Assembly: GCA_951406725.2 (NCBI GenBank) | Contig: OX597830.1 | Coordinates: forward strand, 45,384,001-45,448,000 | Reading direction: 5' to 3' | Origin: Octopus vulgaris | Taxonomy: Eukaryota | Length of the DNA stretch: 64,000 nucleotides | Shown here: one piece after another, positions 28,706 through 41,126 of the stretch | Numbering within the stretch: the first letter of the stretch is position 1 | How the letters are laid out: each line of letters starts with the position of its first letter | Position numbers and translations under genes: made by a program | Notes under the pieces: model-generated | What the model saw: the letters and a program-made list of their open reading frames with translations, nothing else | Databases searched by the model: none | What the model was told of the DNA's origin: nothing

Positions 28706-29019
28706 CGTGTGTATGTATGTGTATCAATCGACACTATATATAGTATATATATTTGTAGATAGATAGATAGATCGACAGATAGATAGATTGATACATGATG
28801 AAAGGTAAACACCTTGAAACTCGGGTCCGTGTGTATCATGAGTTGAAGACGGGGAGGATGACTCCCCTTCACAAATACTAAGAGGACACAGATAGTGTGT
28901 CTATAGCCAGCTGGAGGAGATATCTTCCTGGGGCTACAAACTACAGTAGCATCCACCCTTAGGGGTTAGCCATATTCAAATGGCAAATATTCGTCACGAT
29001 ATATATATATATATATAAT

Positions 29020-29885
29020 GCAATATGAGGCCCTTATGTGACTCTTGATCCCGCCAAAGATTTGCACATTTTAATGTATAATGCACAGTTGTGCCGGCCA
29101 GCAGAAGGAACCGGTGCCACAGGATGAAGTCTTTTAGCATGTCTTTTTAATCCGCCAACTGAATGACACGCCTATCCGCAGGTTGCACTTGTTCCGTTGT
29201 CAACAATAGCCGTATTATAATTTACAAAGGGATCGATTCCCGTGGCTTCTTTGATGGTTGACCAGGTCTGCATATCTTAAGCGTTTCCTCCTACAAGTCA
29301 CACACGTAAAAATCAACACTCCCTCATTTTCCTCAGGTTCATTCTAAGCATTTTTTTTTTATCTTTTTGTGCTTCATTCTCTCTCTTTCAAACTTCGAAC
29401 AACTACCGTGGCCCTTTTCTTCCATCAATTTCGGTCTTGTGTTTCTCTGTTCCTGAAATTTCTGTTTGTATCAAAACAGTTTGAAGGCAATTCTTCGAAC
29501 CTCATTTTGGGTTTATGTGCTGGCTTTTTTACTATCGTTCAGCTCACCATACAAAAGTTGCCTAGGAAGACCTTTATCGTTCATTCTCACCAGATGTCCA
29601 CGCTACTTGAAACGACTTTACAGAATGACCGATTCTACCCTCTTACTACAACTTCTCTCAAATATCGATACATCACTGGTCGCCATTCTCCAGTTTATCC
29701 CAAGAATTTTCGAAAGACAATGTTGATGGAATCGTTCTAGATGCTTCAAATGTTTACGATAAATAACCCATGCCTCACTTCCAGCAGAACACTTGTGTTG
29801 TAAACCTTAACTTTAGTTTGGATAGATATACTGGGGTGCGACCAGAGACGGTTGTGAAGCCTACCAAAGGTATCATTAGCCTTAT
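29020..29885 (-). mobile_element. RTE/BovB-like LINE 3' fragment
   Basis: Minus strand encodes ANDTFGRLHNRLWSHPSISIQTKVKVYN...ERFHQHCLSKILGINW...GHLVRMNDKGLPRQLLYGEL. Confidence 0.8.
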
Positions 29886-30524
29886 ATGTATGTACACAGG
29901 CAAACACACACAAACATGTATATACACATCAAATCTAGTGTGACCTGTATCTGTAAATCCTGGTGTCAGTTGATCTGCAACTAAACACGATCTTCCACTT
30001 GGACAGCTTCATGAGGAATGAAGAATACATGACCTGCCGGTATCTCGTAGAAATTATTGCGACAAACGTTTGTACAACAAAAATATTACACTCAAAATAT
30101 CAGTTACCATGTCTCAAGGACATGGAAAGATCTGAAGAGAGGTGGGGCATCAACTGCAAATCTTCCAAGTCTTCATTAACCAATGCAGTAGACAAGGTAG
30201 TGGGAGGTTAAAATTCGGAGTTTTTCAGTTTTCAAATGAATGCTTTGAGTAAAACTAAACGCCCATCACTCCCAAATACTCACCCCATCTCTCAACTGCT
30301 ATGATCGGCGCTTTGGTTTTGGTGGTTTCAAGAGGGTTTCGTCCATTCTTTGACAACTCTCGTATTTCTGTTGTCTTTATAATAACTCTCTTCATAAAAC
30401 TAATTGTAGTAGAGAAGCTAGTTTGGTTGCCGACGACCCGATCATGACTCCAGAATGCAGATTATAATTGACAATACATACGTACAGGGAGAGAGGGTGA
30501 CAGGGAGGAGAGAGAAAGAGAAAG

Positions 30525-30840
30525 CACCTGGGTTAGTGGTTAGAGTATTCGGTTCATGACTGTAAGGTCGTGAGTTCGATTACCGAAAGTATTTTGCGTC
30601 GTTGAGCAACACTCATTACTTCGCGTTACTCCAGCCCACTTAGCTGGCAACAATGAGTTGTACTCTTATTCATAGGGCTGGCCTTGTCACATTCTGAGTA
30701 GCGCTTAATCTCTGAGAACAATGCTAATGGTACGCGCGTCTATGGAGTACTCAGCCACTTGCACATTAATTTCACAAGTAGGTTGTTCCGTTAATTGGAT
30801 CAACTGAAACATTTGTCGTCGTAGCAGTCGCGGTGCCAAT
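30525..30840 (+). mobile_element. Degenerate tRNA-derived SINE related to family C
   Basis: A box ggttagtggttagag and B box gagttcgatt. The 3' half matches 48080-48250. Confidence 0.75.
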
Positions 30841-30956
30841 TGTGTGTGTGTGTGTAACTCTCAATAAATATCTTGAATGACCTTCTTTCGTTTGTATACT
30901 CACTCGTGTGTATGTAATTATGTATGTATGTATGTATGTATGTGTGAGTATGTATG

Positions 30957-30999
<43 letters not shown>

Positions 31000-31005
<6 letters not shown>

Positions 31006-31240
31006 TTTTTGTATTTGGTTTGCATGATTCTTTATGTGAATTCGTGTGTTGAAGCATATTTTGTTGTGTCTGGGGAAAGTCATTCTCTTTTAATGCCTTA
31101 TTACTTAACTCACAACAGTTCGATTTCCACTCAGTTATTTTTTCTAAAATTTTCGTTGCGTCTTGCAATCTCTTCAATAATCAGTGAAGTGTATTAAATA
31201 ATAAGGCACTAAAAGAGAATGGCTCTCCCCAGACACAATG
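31000..31240. mobile_element. Short TA-flanked element with ~40-bp inverted repeat and hammerhead-like motif
   Basis: Inverted arms at 31064-31103 and 31199-31238. Minus strand reads tTGAAGA gattgc aagac gcaac GAAA atttta. Confidence 0.55.
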
Positions 31241-31241
31241 A

Positions 31242-31347
<106 letters not shown>

Positions 31348-32599
31348 TTCTCACGCTGAGGTAAATCACTGTAGGTTCTTACTAAGGACTTATTAACGCA
31401 ATCACCTGAGAGGGTGCATTTTGCACCTTGGGTGGATGATAATGATTACACATTTCACCAATATACTACAGGTGTAAAAAATGTGTCGAAACAGTTGTAG
31501 TGATTTTAAATAAAGAACGTCGTTCATTCCATTTTCTATTCCTTTATTTATATAAATTCTGCGGCTGCTATGGATACATCCAGCAGCAGGTGCGCTTCCA
31601 CTGTATGTTGATATTAAGTAGTCAATAACTGTGGACGACTTTTGCATAGAATTCTAAGAGGTTTTTACAAGGATCTTATTCAACTAGTATGTGTGTGTGC
31701 ACACACACACACAGGAAAAGACACGCAGCCAGACACATGTACGTGACTGTATCTGTAAATTCCTTCAGTTTGAAAATGAAGCGGGCGTCTTCTTGGCTTT
31801 CTGAACCCTTCTTCGTTGTTTTTGACTTTTCCCGTATCCTTTTTCGCTTTCTGCTTGTTGAAATCTCCACTAATTACTGATATCGTATGGTAGGGCCACT
31901 TAAAGCCTTTTGAGCTATTAACAGATGTAATTTAAGTTTCTGAAAGGCTGGTTAACGCATCAAAGGTCGCCCGATATAAAGGTAACGAAAGCTGACCTTT
32001 ATACTACAAATGTATTAAAGCTAAGCTCACTCCACTTAATCTCAGTAACCAGCAGTGACCTATTTTAACACGTCCACCTGGAGACTGCCGAAGTATCTCA
32101 ATATTTTCACTTTCATTTTCTGACCATCAAACGAAAGAATACGCTATTATCAATATTACCAAAGACTGGATCTTGAATATGTTTAGGCACTAAAATATTT
32201 TAACATTTTCCACGATTTCACTTAATAATAATTAGATTCTATCAAATAATATAAGGTTATTTTCCTTTTTACCAAAGCGTGAAAACAACCGCAGATGTAA
32301 GATTAAACGCCTGAATCTTGCCAATTATTTACAGTACTCGAACTGTTTAATGTATAATCGTTACGCATTAATATCTGAAAATAAGTTCATTGATAAGCGA
32401 AACAAGCAGAATCTTAGGAAATGATGGTTCTGTGTCAACAGATTGAAACAATTCACAAACTGGAATACTATTTTACTGGGAGGAAGACGTAAACACGAAT
32501 GTTGCGGGAAGGTCTGCTCGAAGAAGATGTCGGATTGCGGTGAATATCTGTGAATTATGGTTTAGCCCCAGGTCAGCCGTGATCGAGAAGATCCATGAA

Positions 32600-32710
32600 G
32601 ATCCAGGAAAGAAAGATGGTTTAACGTTTCGAGCGAACGCTCTTCTTCGAAAACAGAGGAAAGTCCAATAGAAAAGAAGACGGAGGAAGAAAATCGCCAA
32701 CGATTCACAT
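32600..32710 (-). mobile_element. Minimal hammerhead-like PLE-derived repeat
   Basis: Minus strand reads gttt-TCGAAGA-a-gagc gttc gctc-GAAA-cgTTA-aac. Confidence 0.5.
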
Positions 32711-32734
32711 GTGATTATATATATTATATAAAAT

Positions 32735-33124
32735 ATTTTCTGTCTGTGTGTGTGTGTCTTCTAGAATCTCGGGCATCCTCCATCTGATTGCGCTCAAATT
32801 TGATATGTAGATACCGATAGTATCAGGGCGTGTATAGGTCTTGAAAAAATTACAAATATCGATTCTAGGTGAGAATGCGATCGATAAAGCCATGGGAACG
32901 TGCATCTGTACGCGCAAGTACATCAGCTGTTGCGATCGATACAATGCGTACGCGAGAAAATTGCACGTGCAGTTTGCGCAAAAAAGCCGGCCTGTTTGGT
33001 GTCTCAAATTTAGGTTAAATCAGTATTTCTCAAAGAGAAGGCCTATGGGACGGTCGGACAAGTTGTTTTGAAAAAATTTGGTTTAAATTACAACTCAGCA
33101 CCGTCCATTGGACAGAGGGCGTTT

Positions 33125-33156
<32 letters not shown>

Positions 33157-33300
33157 CAGGGCCAGCCCTATGGTTGGTGGCACCCCGGGCAAGCTGAACT
33201 TCGGCGTGTACAAGCTGACGATCGAGGAAATTTCCTTGTCTTTGTCACGCCCTCCTTGGTGCCCCCTAGCACATGGCGCCCCGGGCGACTGCCCGAGTTG
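32735..33300. mobile_element. Helentron/DINE-like fragment followed by a hAT-like MITE fragment (cagggccagccct...)
   Basis: Microsatellite-led ...ccatctgattgcgctcaaatttgatatgtag and a 3' hairpin gtccattggac, then a GC-rich cagggcc terminus with gccccgggc repeats. Confidence 0.35.
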
Positions 33301-34817
33301 CTGATACCTTGTATGTACTATGTATGTATGCATGCATATATGCTTCAAAATAAAATATGGGAACGATTAACAGAGAACAAAAGACAAACATGGGAATCCT
33401 CATCTGCCATGGAGACCACATCCATTATAATTTTGGTGCGTTTAGAATGTAAAGATTTTAAATTTCATAATACTAGTTGTCAGGATGCACCAGCGATATA
33501 GGGAATATCACCGAGATGGTGGAGAAACAAGGACTAAAAGTGACGGACAACGACGTACAAGTGAAACGGAAATTTGCGGACAGAAACAACTAATTCGGTA
33601 ACAAAAGAAATATAAATAAACAAATAAACAAATGAATGTACAAACACACACACACATTCACGTGTGTGTTGTGAGTGAGAGAGAGAGAGAGGGAGAGAGA
33701 GAGAGAGAGAGAGAGAGGGGAAGGGGGAGATGGGTTTTGCCAAGATTTGCTCAGAAAGTATTGGAGAACATGAAACCCCAGTAGAAGACATTTGTCCAAG
33801 ATGGCATACAGCGAGATCGAACTTGGAACCACGTGGGTTGTGAGGAAAAATTTTTTGACCGCACAGTTGTATCTGCCTCTCCAATTACGACCATACTATT
33901 CAAAAATTAAAAAGGAATGACTGCATGCAGGGATTAGAGTTCCCTTGATCATGTCTTAATGATGGCTTATTTGGGGTTGAATAGCAACGACAATGATAAC
34001 TCGTCTTCCAAGAATAAACTTAAACAAAAAAAAAAAAAAGAAGATACGACTCTGTTTCAGAAACTCTTAAAACACATTTTTTCGGTGTGATCAGGTTGTT
34101 GATGAAAGACATTCCACGTGTGACCATCCTGTCATTTTAAAGTTACTATGTATCAAGGTCCAAATCCTACTTTGAACAAGTGTCCTTCATTTCTCAGACG
34201 GGAGGGCGCACTTGACATGACTGCTATTTCTAGTAGACCAAGCGACCACATAGTGGCTCCACCTCGGGCTCGGCTTTGTATAATAATAATAATTATTATT
34301 ATTATAGTTTCAATTTTTGGCACAAGGCCAGCAGGTTCAGTGGAGGGAGTAGGTCGACGGCTCCTGTACTCAACTGATACTTATTTCATTGACTACGAAC
34401 GGATGAAAAGCAAAGTCGACCTTGACGGAACTTCAACTCAAGAGCATAAAGACACGATAACAATGGACAACAGCGAGTTGTAGTATTATTGTTGTCAGCC
34501 CGAAAGCAACCCGGGAGAGAGAGATGAAACATCAAAGGATATAAAGTAAAGTTAGTCAAGTCTGTTCTCGGCATCGACGTGGCTGTTGTCAGCTCCAAAT
34601 AATTAAACACAGAATTCTTTATGTGACGGACTCGGCGGCGGTGTAACAGGTGACTGGCAGTATGTGAAGGGTGGTGTTGTTTGGACTCGATCAGCTGTGA
34701 TCGAGAACGCCTAATGAGCAGAGATGATCCAAAAGTGACCATCGTCACCATTTTTATTGGGAATATAGTTCTAGGTCTACCAATGTCCAACGAAGTCTTT
34801 GTGGAGTTTTTACCGTG

Positions 34818-35161
34818 GGGTGGAGGTTGTTTGGTTAAGAAGCTCGCTTTGTAACCGTGTAGTTTTGTGTTCAATCCCATCGCACGGTACATCGGGCAAA
34901 TGTCTCCTACTAGAGCTTCCAGCCGATTAATACCTTCAGGGGGAAATTGGTAGACGGAAACTGCGTTGAAATTCATCGTGTGTGTGCGTGTATTTGTTCT
35001 CCCACCGCTAGACGATTGATGTGTCTTTACGTCCCTGCAACCTAGTGGTTCAACAAAAGCGACCGATAGAATAAGTACCAGGCTTAGAAAAGGAAGAATA
35101 CTGGGGTCGATTTATTTACCTAAACTCTTCAGTATGGCCGCAGTTCAATAATTGAAACAAG

Positions 35162-35162
<1 letters not shown>
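34818..35162 (+). mobile_element. SINE family B, diverged
   Basis: ggtagacggaaactg...accgatagaataagtaccaggctt...atggccgcagttcaataattgaaacaag. Confidence 0.75.
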
Positions 35163-35209
<47 letters not shown>

Positions 35210-35592
35210 AGAAAGAGGGGGACAAGGGAGAGACAGTCAGACAGACATGTGCATTTGGATGCCTACCCATTGCAGTTAGGCATCCAAATGCGCTTTGAAC
35301 ACCAAATGCTGAATTCCAAATAACTGCAATGGTGAAACATCCATAGGAACTAATAGTTTGTAATTGTGTTTATTTTAATTTTCCTCTTCATATACTCTGT
35401 ATATCATAACTATTAACACTTAAGTACAGAGGTCGACAAACCACTATACTGAAAGAAGTGATTCGATAATGATAATCGATATGGAGCTCTAACTCATACA
35501 TCCAACAGGACATACAAGATATATATATATATATCATCAGCAAATCATAAATCCGAAAGAGAAGCAGAGTCTAGGTTACAGAATGTTGACTA

Positions 35593-35790
35593 ATTAGATA
35601 AAGATAGTTAAGGCCGCTCTATAGGGTTGGGGTTACCCTGGGTTTCACGTCCACAAAGTGTCTAGCTTTACAGCGTTTCCTCAGACCCTAATGGTCATTA
35701 GGGTCGGAAGAAACGCTGTAGAGCTAGACACTTTAATGGCGTAAAACCCAGGGTAACCTCATAGACTGACCTTTACTACCTTTATCTAAT
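35593..35790. repeat. ~200-bp near-perfect palindrome (fold-back element)
   Basis: attagataaag...gttaccctgggttt...aaagtgtctagctttacagcgtttc...gaccctaatg-gt-cattagggtc...gaaacgctgtagagctagacacttt...aaacccagggtaac...ctttatctaat. Confidence 0.85.
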
Positions 35791-35819
35791 ATGTATGTAT
35801 GTATATATATATATATATA

Positions 35820-36028
35820 TTTATTTCTTTACTACCCACAAGGGGTTAAACACAGACTGGACAAACAAGGACAGACAAACGGATTAAGTCTATTACATCG
35901 ACCCCAGTGCATAACTGGTACTTAATTTATCGACCCCGAAAGGATGAAAGCAAAGTCGACATCGGCGGAATTTGAACTCAGAACGTAACGGCAAACGAAA
36001 TACGCCTACGCATTTCGCCCGGCGAAAT
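35820..36028 (-). mobile_element. SINE family A, 5'-truncated
   Basis: Same tail and body as the 12090 copy. Confidence 0.85.
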
Positions 36029-36650
36029 GATATGGATATCATATTTATATGGATTATCATATATATATATATTGAGGATATAATCATTAACATGATTATA
36101 TCAGTGGCTAGCGTATAAAAAATTACTATATAGGTAAAATTAATTTCCACTTAAATACATATATATGCGTGAGTCGTCTAAGAGACCGGATAATATATAT
36201 ATATATATATTTGTATATATGCATGTATGTATGTATGCTGTCGAAAGAATATGCATTTATATGAGATATAGTATACATGAATTTTTGAAAGTATTTGTTG
36301 ATGTCACATTAATATTGAGAATAAGAAAATAAAACATAAACAGAAGTTTGGATAGAAGTAAGAAATGAAAGAAGAAAGATTAAAAATAAAATGAGAAAAT
36401 GCGATGTTTTAAGAGTTAGAAAATGGTTAAAAAGTTTTGTTTTGTTTGTTTTTCGTTGGTTTGCTGAAAAGATCTGAATAATAATGGAGTAAAAATATTA
36501 CAGACAAAATGAAATATAAACTAAAAAGCGGCAAAATATATCAGAAAAAGATGAGCGTATTACAGAGAAGAAAGAAACACGAAGATAAACGATGAGGATT
36601 GAAATATATTAGGAAAAGAAACAAGGGGTTTCCATAGTTTTTTAGCTCAC

Positions 36651-37990
36651 CTTGAATACTTCGATGCAAAACGTGGATGGAATATAATCCTTTCTCTCAG
36701 GTACAACAACAACAACAATTACAATAACAAACTGTAATGGTACATTGGTGGATGAATCTCCCAACTTTAAACAGTTCTTCGAGGCATTGCTAAGCTGCTT
36801 AAGGTTGAGAAGTAGTCGCAGACTCACAAGAAATTCTTTCCGAACAAGTGTTGTAAAGGCGCGAGTGGGGAGAAGCGGAGGGTAAAGGAGGAGGAGTAGT
36901 ATGAGGATGAGGAGGAGGAGGAGGCGGAGGAGGCGGAGAAATAGGAGGAGGAGGAGGAGAAGAGAACGAGTAACAAACCAAGTTAGGCGAAGTTTCTTTC
37001 ACTTTCGGGTGCACACACACACACACACACACACACACGTACGTACGTGCTCGCCCTCCTTTTTTTTTATCTTCTAACTTCTTTCAGCAGTTTTAAACAA
37101 AACCTGCTGCAAAACTAGAGGTTCAAATACTCAGAATAAAAAAAAAAAAGAAAAATCTACAGAAAATGATGCGCCATGGAAACCAGGTAGAGTTTATGAG
37201 GAGGATGGTGAAAGGAGCAAACGAGACAGACAGACAGACAGACGAGGAGAGAGCGAGAGAGAGAAAGAGAGAGAAAGAGAGAGAGCGAGAGAATAAGGTG
37301 TGTGATTATTGTGTGAGTGATAAAATTTGCTATTCAGAGAAAATCAACACAAAACAAGGAATATTAAAGCTAAAAATAGTTTTGTTGTTTTTTTAATTGG
37401 GGGTGGGGATAAGTCAAGGGGGTGGGGATAAGTCAAGGGGGTGGGGGGAATTAACAGACCTGGTGAAAAGCTTAAAAGAACCTTTCATTGAAGTGTCACT
37501 CATTCTCCCTTTTCTCTCCCTCCCTCTCTGTCTGTCTGTCTGTCTGTCTCCTAATAACAGCCAACAAAACGAATCTAACTTACAAAACCAAAGTTACAAC
37601 GCAACATCGCTTACTTCAACAATATATTTTACTAATGTTGCTGCTGCTGCTACTGCTGATGATGATGATGAGGAGGAGGAGGAGGAGGATGATGATGATG
37701 ATGATGATGATGGGGTGAGGTGGGAGTTTGGTGGTAGAGATGGAGTTGATGGGGGCGAGTGATAGTTTTTACCTCAAACGTTGCTGCTATATTGCTCGTG
37801 GGCTTTTTGCTCCCTTCTTGCAGCCAGCCAGCCAGCCAGCCCCCACCCTACCCCCACTACATTCGTGCAACTACTAGCAACGACCTACTATCTCCCTCCC
37901 TCCCTCCCTCCCAGTGACATTTGACTGATTGACAAACAGTCAGCCAGCAGCAGTGTTATTTAGCGAAAAAATACAAAAACAAAAAAAAAA
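36651..37990 (-). promoter_or_regulatory. Probable promoter and non-coding first exon of a long minus-strand gene
   Basis: TE-free stretch rich in GGA, GA, CAGC and CTCC low-complexity tracts. It ends in a strong minus-strand donor TTCAAG|GTGAGC at 36651/36650. No downstream coding exon was identified. Confidence 0.35.
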
Positions 37991-38123
37991 AATGCCGTAT
38001 CTGCTAAGCGAACAGCAGGTTCAGTTCTGCAAGCAGGTTGCTTGAAGCAAGGTGCTGTCCCTCACAATCATACTCATTGCCATTATATACACTTACATAT
38101 ATATATATATATATATATATATA

Positions 38124-38514
38124 CTCTTTTACTTGTTTCAGGCATTTGACTGCGGCCATGCTGGAGCACCGCCTTTGGTCGAGCAAATTGACCGCGGGAC
38201 TTATTCTTTGTAAGCCCAGTAACTTATTCTATCGGTCTCTTTTGCCGAACCTCTACGTTACGGGGACGTAAACACACCAGCATCGGTTGTCAAGCAATGC
38301 TAGGGGGACAAACACAGACACACATACATATATATAATATATATATATATATATACGACAAGCTTCTTTCAGTTTCCGTCTACCAAATCCACTCAAGGCA
38401 TTGGTCGGTCCGAGGCTATAGCAGAAGACACTTGCCCAAGATGCCACGCAGAGGGATTGAACCCGGAACCATGTAGTTGGTAAGCAAGCTACTTACCACA
38501 CAGCCACTCCTGCG

Positions 38515-38517
<3 letters not shown>
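38124..38517 (-). mobile_element. SINE family B, full-length (tRNA-like head, CORE-like centre, internal TA microsatellite)
   Basis: Head ggcgcaggagtggctgtgtggtaag...gggttcaatccc and tail ggcggtgctccagcatggccgcagtcaaatgcctgaaacaagtaaaagag. Inserted in (TA)n. Confidence 0.9.
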
Positions 38518-38544
<27 letters not shown>

Positions 38545-38551
<7 letters not shown>

Positions 38552-38769
38552 GTCCGGAAAGTTCGTGCCGATTTTTAAAGGAAAGAAAAAGGTCAATAAA
38601 TACTTGCCATTACATTTTTAATCAACCAAATATTAACCATTTTGTTGCACAATGCGTCTCCATCTTTCCTTTAACTTGAAAATACCCTCTTACCAGAATT
38701 GAGGTGCCTGGGAAGGTAAGTCGAAAGGTAAGCTACTATAAATCGGCACGGACTTTCCGAGCAATGCAA
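38545..38769. mobile_element. mariner-type MITE
   Basis: TA-ttggattgtccggaaagttcgtgccgattt ... aaatcggcacggactttccgagcaatgcaa-TA. Confidence 0.85.
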
Positions 38770-38770
38770 T

Positions 38771-38807
<37 letters not shown>

Positions 38808-38859
38808 ACAAAGATATTTTATTCCGCGCGGGTAGAAATATAGGAAAAATAGGTTGAAA

Positions 38860-40485
38860 ATGCACTGAGAATAGTTAGAACATTTTTTATTAAAATATTT
38901 AAAGCTTTAAAAACCGGTTTCACAGTCTTCACTGATTTTCAAACAGCTGAAATAGGAAGATGTGGCGTGTGTTGCAGCCGTCTTGCTTCTAGCTCGTGTT
39001 TGAAGCTTGCTCTATTTTCATAGTGAGTCCACGGCTCAAATTTGAATATGCTTTCCATAGGACTTGGTTGGTAGAGGATAGTCACATGACTGGTCTTAGA
39101 AATTTTTATAGGTTCACCGCTACGTCCGTGTGTTAGTATCAAGTGGCAATGTTTAGTGTCATGAGTTAAGGCTGACACGGTTGATTGAACAGGTCCAAAC
39201 AATCAATGCTCTGAATGTTTTCTGTCAAGTGTTTGTAGAGAATAAATACATAATTAAGCTTTTGTACATTTCCCGCTACGTCCGTGCGTTAGTGTCACGT
39301 GATAGTATATTTTGTGCCGAAAAGGAGAGCCGATACGGTTGAGTGAACATATTTAGTTATAATCAAGGCAGACCAAATTTAATCTGTCTGGTTGATAGAG
39401 TAGTTTGTATAAAATCCAATGGTTAAAGTTTAGGTTGTTAGCTGTGTAGCTTCCTCGTGATAAGTGGCAGAATGAATTTTGTGTGTGAATAGTTGTGTAT
39501 GTACTCCAAAGTTTGTTAAGTCTTGGTTTTTACTTTTGTATGAAAGTATCTTTGTTTATCCGTGCTTCATCTGTGGGAAGATCTGGGATTTGGGAGACTT
39601 TTTTTTTAGCACATATGTCTATGTGACCACCCAGTGGGATCTGTCTAGTACTGGGGTCTCGTATTTGTTGTCGGTGAATTGTCAGCCTATTTCTTCGAGT
39701 AAGCTTTGTTTGATCTATGTAATCGTCATTACATCCTTGGCATTTGATAGCGTATATTAAATTCCCTGAAGAACATGTAAAGTGAATTTTTACTGTAAAA
39801 GTTTGTCCTGATTTGAATTTGTATGTTGTGTCTTCAATAAGGTTGATGCAGTTCCCGCAATTGAGGCGGCTACATTTTTTGAGTGTTGGTGTAGGAATTA
39901 TGGAAGGTAATTTAGAACTTGTGAGGAATGTTTTAAGGGACTTCGATTGATTTTTTACTTTTGATTATTTTGTGTATTTCGAACGCTTGTTTCATTCTTG
40001 GGTCTTGTTTTAGTAATGGGATGTTTTGGTGGATAATATTGTAAAGCCCTGGGTTTCTTGGGTTGGGTGTTTTAATAAAGGGTAGATTATTGGATTATCT
40101 GGAGCGTTTCTCATAGTTCTTCGATATTTATTGCTTTGCCACGTTCTATTCAGTTGCCTATTAGCATTAATGGATATTGTCTCAATTAGGACTTGTTTTA
40201 GTTCCTGGAGTCTTTTATTGTGAATTTCAGGGTTTGAGACAATTGTGCAGATTCTTTTTGCTATTATAATAGATATTATTCTTCGTGTGTTTGGGATGGC
40301 ATGAACAGAATAGTATAACAGACTAAATTTGGTCTGTCTTGATTATAACTAAACATGTTCGCTCAACCGTGTCGACCCTCTTTTTAGGCACAAAATATAC
40401 TGTCACGTGACACTAACGCACGGACGTAGCGGGAAACGTACAAAAGGTTATAAACTAAGTCAACCGTGTCAGCCTTAACTACTAC
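38860..40485 (-). mobile_element. Penelope-like element with inverted 5' pLTR
   Basis: Minus strand encodes CSCHPKHTKN, RICTIVSNP and KCSRLNCGNC (GIY-YIG region). The segment ~39260-39390 is inverted at ~40318-40447. Confidence 0.85.
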
Positions 40486-40683
40486 ATGAACCCGAAGATT
40501 GCAGAATTTAATGCATGAAAGTACTAGTTCAATCAGAATGAACATTTAACATTCTACTATTTTATTTTATTCTATTATATTATCTTATAATATATCATTA
40601 TAAGATTGTAAATAAAACGTGAAAATCAGACAAGGTTGGAATTCCTTTTATTAATATATTCTTCTATACACAATCACACACAC

Positions 40684-40744
<61 letters not shown>

Positions 40745-41014
40745 CATATACATACACAGTTCAGAAATTCGGATTCAGGATCCTGGTTTTTGGTTTCACA
40801 CAAAAACTGGCCACACAAATTTGGTTTTCAAAGAATATGCATTACGAAAATTTGGATTTCATAAAATCTGGCTTCACAAATTCGGTTTTCGAATCTTGGA
40901 CTTAAACATGAATAAATCTAATGTCAAAGCAACCATTTGAACTCAAAGTTCATGACACAAAACGGCTACCAGACTACATCAATAATTATAGTTTTAAAAA
41001 ATAGTCAAACAAAA

Positions 41015-41126
41015 AATCTAGTTTGTTTTAAATTCACACAAACTGCTTCATACAAGCATGCTAGACAAAATTTACAGAATCTAGTTTGTTTTGAATTCAC
41101 ACAAACTGCTTCATACAAGCATGCTG
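41015..41126 (+). repeat. Local tandem duplication (~63-bp period)
   Basis: aatctagtttgtttt(a/g)aattcacacaaactgcttcatacaagcatgct occurs twice. Confidence 0.8.

Noticed and set aside
31402-31880. Possible minus-strand exons (CAG|GTGATT near 31407)
   Set aside because: No recognisable protein similarity and weak splice signals.
37397-37762. ORF with poly-A/D/E tracts as a transcription-factor exon
   Set aside because: It is explained by GCT/GAT/GAG triplet repeats, and there is no domain or splice support.
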